A stretch of DNA of 64,000 nt from Nemertoderma westbladi (taxonomy: Eukaryota; Animalia; Xenacoelomorpha): the NCBI GenBank assembly GCA_032718475.1, contig JAUCBJ010007525.1, positions 46,063 through 110,062 on the forward strand, read 5' to 3'. The notes below the pieces were generated by a model. The model was not told the DNA's origin and did no database searches. It saw only the letters and a program-made list of their open reading frames with translations. The first letter of the stretch is position 1, and every line of letters starts with the position of its first letter. Below, piece by piece: positions 57,041 through 64,000 of the stretch. The translations under genes were made by a program, and so were the position numbers.

Positions 57041-58312
57041 ATGGTAAATAACATTGATACAAATATGAATGTCCACCAAAAGGGCTGGAGACTTTACATG
57101 TTGATAGCCATGCTGTTGGTATATCAAATGCTACCAGGATGGTGTAACAATCTATTAGAACCTTTCTTCCCAATTGTAGTAGAAGAGCGTAGTTGGTCGA
57201 AGACTCTAATTGGCGCATTGCTGGCATCATTTTCGGTGGTGAAACTTATAATATTCATTACTCTTCCACATGCTATCAACAATTGGGGGACACATATCTC
57301 TTTAGGCCTATTCGGTACAATTGGTGCCATTTCACAGATGGTCTTTGGGTTTGTGGAATATATTCCTAAAAACAATGGATTATATATATTCGCTTGCTTT
57401 TCTCTGCGCATTCTAGAAGCAGTTGGACTCAACATCAGTTATATGTACTCATACAGTCTACTGATGGAGTTGTGGCCAACACAAAGAACCTTACTAGCTA
57501 GTCTAGCAATGGTTTTTGGCAGCGTGGGATTCATGGTTGCCCCCGTTTTTGGTTCATCCATATTTAATGCAACGCGTTTTGAGTTTCCATTCATAATATC
57601 GGGTTTGATGTTTTTTATTATCACCCTTTACTGCTGGATGGAGTCTCCCTCTTATCTATATGACAGATGTGAATCGATAAACAGACCAAATTATCTTGGA
57701 GTTTTGAAGAATCCAGCGATTTCACTTATATTTATGTTGACCATATATATCAGAATACTGTCATCCTTTACCGTTGCGAACTATGCTGCCTACATTCACC
57801 ACAACTACAATGTCAACCAGTACAATATTGGTCTTATCTATATGATATTCCCGGCTCTTAGTACTTCCACTGGCCTAATAATCTCATTAATGATGAAGAA
57901 ATTTAAGCCGATCTTACCAACTGTAATTGGTGCAACGTTACTAGCTGTATCAATGCAACTAGTAGGTCCTACAGAACTACTTGGTCTGCCTCAATATCTC
58001 GCTATCTCTATCACAGGATGTGCTCTCCTGGGTCTTGGATCTGGGCTATATGAAACACCTGCACTGGAAACACAAACACAGCAGGCTGTGAACGTTTGTG
58101 GCTATCCTGATAATGTAGATACCAGATCTCTTCTCCAACAAATGTTTCGTATTGCAGCATCTATTGGAGTTATCATAGGTCCATCTTTTGGTGGATTTCT
58201 CAATGACTATTTCGGCATGGAAATTGCTTGCTCACTTTTGAGTTTGTTTGGTTTACCTTTTCTGTTTGCTCTATTGGCTGTGTTCACTAATTGCAGACGT
58301 GTTAATTATTAA
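57041..58312 (+). CDS. SLC18B1: MFS transporter, SLC18B1-like, intronless
   Basis: 423-aa ORF with about 12 hydrophobic segments; LEPFFP...LIG, LRILEAVG, GFMVAPVFG, FEFPF, IGPSFGGFL motifs resembling the SLC18B1 family. Orthology not established. Confidence 0.75.
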   Translation: MVNNIDTNMNVHQKGWRLYMLIAMLLVYQMLPGWCNNLLEPFFPIVVEERSWSKTLIGALLASFSVVKLIIFITLPHAINNWGTHISLGLFGTIGAISQMVFGFVEYIPKNNGLYIFACFSLRILEAVGLNISYMYSYSLLMELWPTQRTLLASLAMVFGSVGFMVAPVFGSSIFNATRFEFPFIISGLMFFIITLYCWMESPSYLYDRCESINRPNYLGVLKNPAISLIFMLTIYIRILSSFTVANYAAYIHHNYNVNQYNIGLIYMIFPALSTSTGLIISLMMKKFKPILPTVIGATLLAVSMQLVGPTELLGLPQYLAISITGCALLGLGSGLYETPALETQTQQAVNVCGYPDNVDTRSLLQQMFRIAASIGVIIGPSFGGFLNDYFGMEIACSLLSLFGLPFLFALLAVFTNCRRVNY

Positions 58313-58370
58313 CCAAGGAGACAAATTCATTGTGAAGAGGTTATTTATGTTCCATATTTATTTGGCGCAC

Positions 58371-59648
58371 TGGGTCAAAATCACTAAAAGTGGCCAAAAT
58401 TAGGTTGGGATTTTCGTCAAAATTTTTTTGTTTCAAAACCTATATACATATATATCATTCGAAAGCTCTTTGAATTTGATTAGCACAATGAACAGTTATT
58501 TTTTACTTAATTAGCTCTATTTGGGTTTTAAGTTAAGCTCCCCCCCCCCCCCCCCCCCCCACCTTGCAACTCCATTTTTCGTATAGTACAGTATATAGCC
58601 TGTAATGGGGGTACGCATTACAGGGGGGGCATTTGCTTCTTTTTTTTATCTCTTATTTCAATGAACTTCTACATCTTTTATAATGTTTGGGAAAGTTGAA
58701 AAGCCCGCGAAATTTGATTTTCAAAAATACGAGCCACTAAAACTTAATGTTTCTTGGGAAAATTTTATTGACATTTAAGTGGCATTACAGGAAGGTGACA
58801 AAGCAAGCGAAACACCCCGACTTTATAACTTTAAACTAACACTACTAACTTTAAACTAACACTACTAACTTTAAACTAACACTACTAACTTTAAACTAAC
58901 ACTAGTAACTTTAAACTAACACTACTAACTTTAAACTAACACTACTAACTTTAAACTAACACTACTAACTTTAAACTAACACTACTAACTTTAAACTAAC
59001 ACTACTAACTTTAAACTAACACTACTAACTTTAAACTAACACTACTAACTTTAAACTAACACTACTAACTTTAAACTAACACTACTAACTTTAAACTAAC
59101 ACTACATGAATATAAACTAACATGCCATTGGTTGAAATTTGGTCAGCGAACATGGGAATTATGGTTCTTTAATATTATAGCCAGGTTTTTATGATTGGAG
59201 CTGTACATCATAGTTAACCAGGTCCATTACAGGGGGGAGGGGGGGGGGGCACAAAAAACCAAAAAATATGTCTAATGCTTATTCTTACTGATAGACGTAA
59301 CTTAGATACATTGAATAAATAATATATTAGCTTCTGCAGAATTTTGCGCTCTTTCAAATGGTATATACTGTAGATATCAACATCTGGTTCGTTAACATTA
59401 TAAAATTTAAATGTCTTTAACTTAGTATTGAGTGTCTAAACTGGAAAACCTAGGTTTTTTTCGAATTCGCGCAGATAATCTGAACAATTAATACAAGGTA
59501 GCGTTGCAAAAAAATGGTGTTCAATAACACCAAAAAATGTAAATAATATAAAAAAATATAAATTCTTGGTAAAGATTGAGGAAGTCAAAAGTTACGGCGT
59601 GTCCAATGTTTATGTTTACTTTTGGCCGCTTTTAGTGATTTTGACCCA
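58371..59648. mobile_element. Non-autonomous DNA transposon (MITE-like) with ~28-bp TIRs
   Basis: TGGGTCAAAATCACTAAAAGTGGCCAAA at 58371 and TTTGGCCGCTTTTAGTGATTTTGACCCA ending at 59648; no coding capacity; TSD not resolved. Confidence 0.7.
58827..59105. repeat. 20-bp tandem repeat (AACTTTAAACTAACACTACT), about 14 copies
   Basis: Nearly perfect copies seen directly. Confidence 0.95.
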
Positions 59649-61039
59649 CTAATGTATTTTTGTTTGGTGTTGTAATCGATGTTCTACATAAATTTAATTA
59701 AATTGGTGAAAAATGTGATATTCTTAAACAAACTTGTATGTTATATTCACACGTATCGCGTCAATAATGTAGGCCAGACCTAAGCTGGCATTTATTTGTT
59801 ATTATTAACAGATATATAAATGCCTCCCTCGAAAGACACTGCCAATGGTCTAAATTACGTATCTACCAAGTTTAGCATTTTTAGGATTACAAGCAAATAA
59901 TTTTTAAGACATTTAATGTTTAGACATGATGCCCTCTAGCGGAATTTACCCACCCCATAAGAGAGCCTGTCAGTTCGCTAAGGCTCCGCCGACTTCCTGG
60001 CTTCGTTAACCCGGAAATAATATTTGAACAAGAAGCGTAATTTTTCCTCCGGTTATTCTTGAATAAGGAGGTTCTTGGACCTTTGAATTTATAAAGAATA
60101 GGGCCGCTTTAAGTAACTGAATTACAATCAGGAGGGGGATAGAACTTTCGACGTAATCAAAATACTCTCCAGGGGAAATCCACGCATATAACAGCTGATT
60201 ACTCCTAAAAATAAAACTATAAGCTATTGTATTAACCCTAATAAACCAGGGGAAGGGGTCAATATGACCCCCCCCCCCCCCCCGTGGTTTTTTTATTATA
60301 ATTCTGAAACAAATGCAGTTGGGAATCTGAAATTTTATGACTTTTCCTAAAAATCTTAAAAATCCTAAAAGTCTTCCTAGTAGTGAAAACCGCTTTCAAA
60401 AATATAGCGTAGTTTCCGAGTTATAGCACCATTTTTTAACTCTACTTTTGGCACTTTTTGTTTTTGAAAATTACATTTCATTAAATATGAATTGTAACAT
60501 CTCCATATTTGATTTACACCGGTTTTTTGGTGTTAGAAATTGGATGGAATTCATATAAATTGATTTGGAAATTTCAAACTTGTTTTTTTCGGCGGGTGCC
60601 AAATATTGGTGCCAGCACCAAATTTTGAAACATGTCAATTTTGTAAATTGATTGTTTGAAACTTGTTTTTTATGCAATTGGGTTTTTTGGGTTCTGGTTT
60701 CAATGAAATATATACGAGTTGCACCAAGCGTATCAAACTTGTATTTTTCGGTGCTGTGTGGAAATTTTGAAAATACATTCAATAGATAAAATTGCTTGTG
60801 ACAATTTATTTCTTGCGCTTTAGAGGTTTATGGCTGTTCTGAATTCAATGGAATATGTAATTATCGAACTAGACATCTCAAACTTGTATTTTTCGGAAGT
60901 GGGTGCAAAATGTGGTGCTAGCACCAAATTTTGAAAACCATCAAATATATCTATTGATTGTGTCACCTTGTTTCTTGCGTTATACGGGTTTGTGAGGGTT
61001 CTGAATTTAATGCAGTCAGTAAAAATTTCATAACAGTTC

Positions 61040-64000
61040 TCAAACTAGTATTTTTCGCCGGTGGGCGAAAATTGTTGTGCCAGCAAATAATCAAATAAGC
61101 AAAAATAAGCAAATTGATCAGGAGATAGTATCATCTTGTTTCTTGCGTTATACGGGTTTATGAGGGTCCTGAATCCGATGGAATCAATAAAAACAGCACT
61201 GGACATCGCAACCTTGTACTTTTTGGTGAAGGGTACGAAATTTGGTGCTGGCTCCAAAATTTGCCAAATTGCGCCGAAAAATACAAGCAGCAATGATCTG
61301 GCATATTAGAAATGTATTACATTAGAATCAGGCACCCTAGAAAACATGAAAATATGAATAATAATAATTTTATGTTTCCATTAATACCAAGAACTAAGAA
61401 CCAGGAACAAGAATGAACTTATTGAAATATATTATGTGCAGTAATAAATATCAATATTGATTATTGTATTGATATTGGTTATCGGTATTGGTTATTGTAT
61501 CGATATTGGAATCGATATTGATCGATCGGAATCTGCTGTCGGTTAACTATTGTCGTTTGTTTTCAGTCGGTTGTCTGCTGTCGTCGTTTGTCTATGATCA
61601 TCTGTCGGTTGTCTGTTGTCGTTTGTTTGCTGCCGGTTGTCTGCTGTCGGTTGTTTACTGTCTGCTGTCGCTTATCTGTTGTCGTTTGTTTGCTGTCGGT
61701 TGTCTGCTGTGAGTTGATTACTGTCTGCTGTCGGTAATCGGTCGTCGTTTGTTTGCTGTCGGTTGTTTACTGTCTGCTGTCGCTTATCTGTTGTCATTTA
61801 TTTGCTGCCGGTTGTCTGCTGTGGGTTGTTTACTGTCTGCTGTTGGTTATCTGTTATCATTTGTTTTCAGTCGGTTGTCTGCTGTCGTTTGTCTATGATA
61901 TATATCTCTATGATATATGATCTATATATACTGGGTTACTATAAGAAATTGTTGTAAGTTTGATAAAAAATATCTTATTATTATTTTAAAATAAGTATGC
62001 ATAATATATCATATATATTACATTAAAGTACGGAATAATTATATTTAACGAATGTTTGTAATATAAATTAATTTTCTAGTTGCGCTTTAATAAATCCGTA
62101 TATTAAATTTCTTTATGTACATGTAGCAATTTAATATAGCCTGTATTGGGTGTAGTCTTGGCTTAGGGGCTAAGGGGTTCATACGAGGACAGTACATACT
62201 GGCTGCAACCTACCGCATGGAGATTGAGAAGTATGCTGCTTGAAGTATAGGAATAGTTGGAATAGTCAAACTAGTATTTTTCGCCGGTGGGCGAAAATTG
62301 TTGTGCCAGCAAATAATCAAATAAGCAAAAATAAGCAAATTGATCAGGAGATAGTATCATCTTGTTTCTTGCGTTATACGGGTTTATGAGGGTCCTGAAT
62401 CCGATGGAATCAATAAAAACAGCACTGGACATCGCAACCTTGTACTTTTTGGTGAAGGGTACGAAATTTGGTGCTGGCTCCAAAATTTGCCAAATTGCGC
62501 CGAAAAATACAAGCAGCAATGATCTGGCATATTAGAAATGTATTACATTAGAATCAGGCACCCTAGAAAACATGAAAATATGAATAATAATAATTTTATG
62601 TTTCCATTAATACCAAGAACTAAGAACCAGGAACAAGAATGAACTTATTGAAATATATTATGTGCAGTAATAAATATCAATATTGATTATTGTATTGATA
62701 TTGGTTATCGGTATTGGTTATTGTATCGATATTGGAATCGATATTGATCGATCGGAATCTGCTGTCGGTTAACTATTGTCGTTTGTTTTCAGTCGGTTGT
62801 CTGCTGTCGTCGTTTGTCTATGATCATCTGTCGGTTGTCTGTTGTCGTTTGTTTGCTGCCGGTTGTCTGCTGTCGGTTGTTTACTGTCTGCTGTCGCTTA
62901 TCTGTTGTCGTTTGTTTGCTGTCGGTTGTCTGCTGTGAGTTGATTACTGTCTGCTGTCGGTAATCGGTCGTCGTTTGTTTGCTGTCGGTTGTTTACTGTC
63001 TGCTGTCGCTTATCTGTTGTCATTTATTTGCTGCCGGTTGTCTGCTGTGGGTTGTTTACTGTCTGCTGTTGGTTATCTGTTATCATTTGTTTTCAGTCGG
63101 TTGTCTGCTGTCGTTTGTCTATGATATATATCTCTATGATATATGATCTATATATACTGGGTTACTATAAGAAATTGTTGTAAGTTTGATAAAAAATATC
63201 TTATTATTATTTTAAAATAAGTATGCATAATATATCATATATATTACATTAAAGTACGGAATAATTATATTTAACGAATGTTTGTAATATAAATTAATTT
63301 TCTAGTTGCGCTTTAATAAATCCGTATATTAAATTTCTTTATGTACATGTAGCAATTTAATATAGCCTGTATTGGGTGTAGTCTTGGCTTAGGGGCTAAG
63401 GGGTTCATACGAGGACAGTACATACTGGCTGCAACCTACCGCATGGAGATTGAGAAGTATGCTGCTTGAAGTATAGGAATAGTTGGAATAGTCAAACTAG
63501 TATTTTTCGCCGGTGGGCGAAAATTGTTGTGCCAGCAAATAATCAAATAAGCAAAAATAAGCAAATTGATCAGGAGATAGTATCATCTTGTTTCTTGCGT
63601 TATACGGGTTTATGAGGGTCCTGAATCCGATGGAATCAATAAAAACAGCACTGGACATCGCAACCTTGTACTTTTTGGTGAAGGGTACGAAATTTGGTGC
63701 TGGCTCCAAAATTTGCCAAATTGCGCCGAAAAATACAAGCAGCAATGATCTGGCATATTAGAAATGTATTACATTAGAATCAGGCACCCTAGAAAACATG
63801 AAAATATGAATAATAATAATTTTATGTTTCCATTAATACCAAGAACTAAGAACCAGGAACAAGAATGAACTTATTGAAATATATTATGTGCAGTAATAAA
63901 TATCAATATTGATTATTGTATTGATATTGGTTATCGGTATTGGTTATTGTATCGATATTGGAATCGATATTGATTATTGGTATCGATATTGGTTATTGGT
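61040..64000. repeat. 1226-bp tandem repeat, 2.4 copies (continues past the window end)
   Basis: Identical ORFs at 61045, 62271 and 63497 (period 1226); internal low-complexity CTGTCGGTTGT repeats. Confidence 0.95.

Noticed and set aside
58827-59105. Telomere-like repeat
   Set aside because: 20-bp unit internal to a MITE-like element; it does not match short telomeric units.
61045-63745. Repeated 64-82 aa ORFs in the 1226-bp unit
   Set aside because: Low-complexity, non-ATG starts, no motifs.

Overview
Eukaryotic (probably invertebrate) repeat-rich window made mostly of nested mobile elements. The centrepiece is a complete 18.3 kb Polinton/Maverick (adintovirus-type endogenous virus) at 903-19225, with 315-bp TIRs and a 6-bp TSD (ACTAGT). 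It encodes a packaging ATPase, integrase, two tandem minor capsid proteins, major capsid protein, adenain protease and protein-primed PolB; the PolB gene is broken by a frameshift and an RTE-LINE insertion. It also carries an unusual accessory set: a two-repeat TBP-like protein, a possible PC4-like protein, a RING protein, a Maelstrom/DEDD-like nuclease and a tRNA-like Pol III unit. The Polinton sits in the LTR of a duplicated Gypsy fragment, which lies next to the right end of a second, diverged Polinton, which in turn interrupts a BEL/Pao remnant. Further right are an RTE fragment, simple repeats, a decayed minus-strand BEL/Pao element with an orphan 3' ORF, and a 13.1 kb plus-strand BEL/Pao element (TSD AATAA). 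That element has a third ~855-codon reading frame encoding a DEDDy-like 3'-5' exonuclease plus three CCHC knuckles, and it interrupts a ~147-bp tandem array with CTCF-like motifs and a Helitron-like end. The only clear host gene is an intronless SLC18B1-like MFS transporter. The window ends in a 1226-bp tandem repeat. All protein assignments are from motif recognition by eye; no searches were run.
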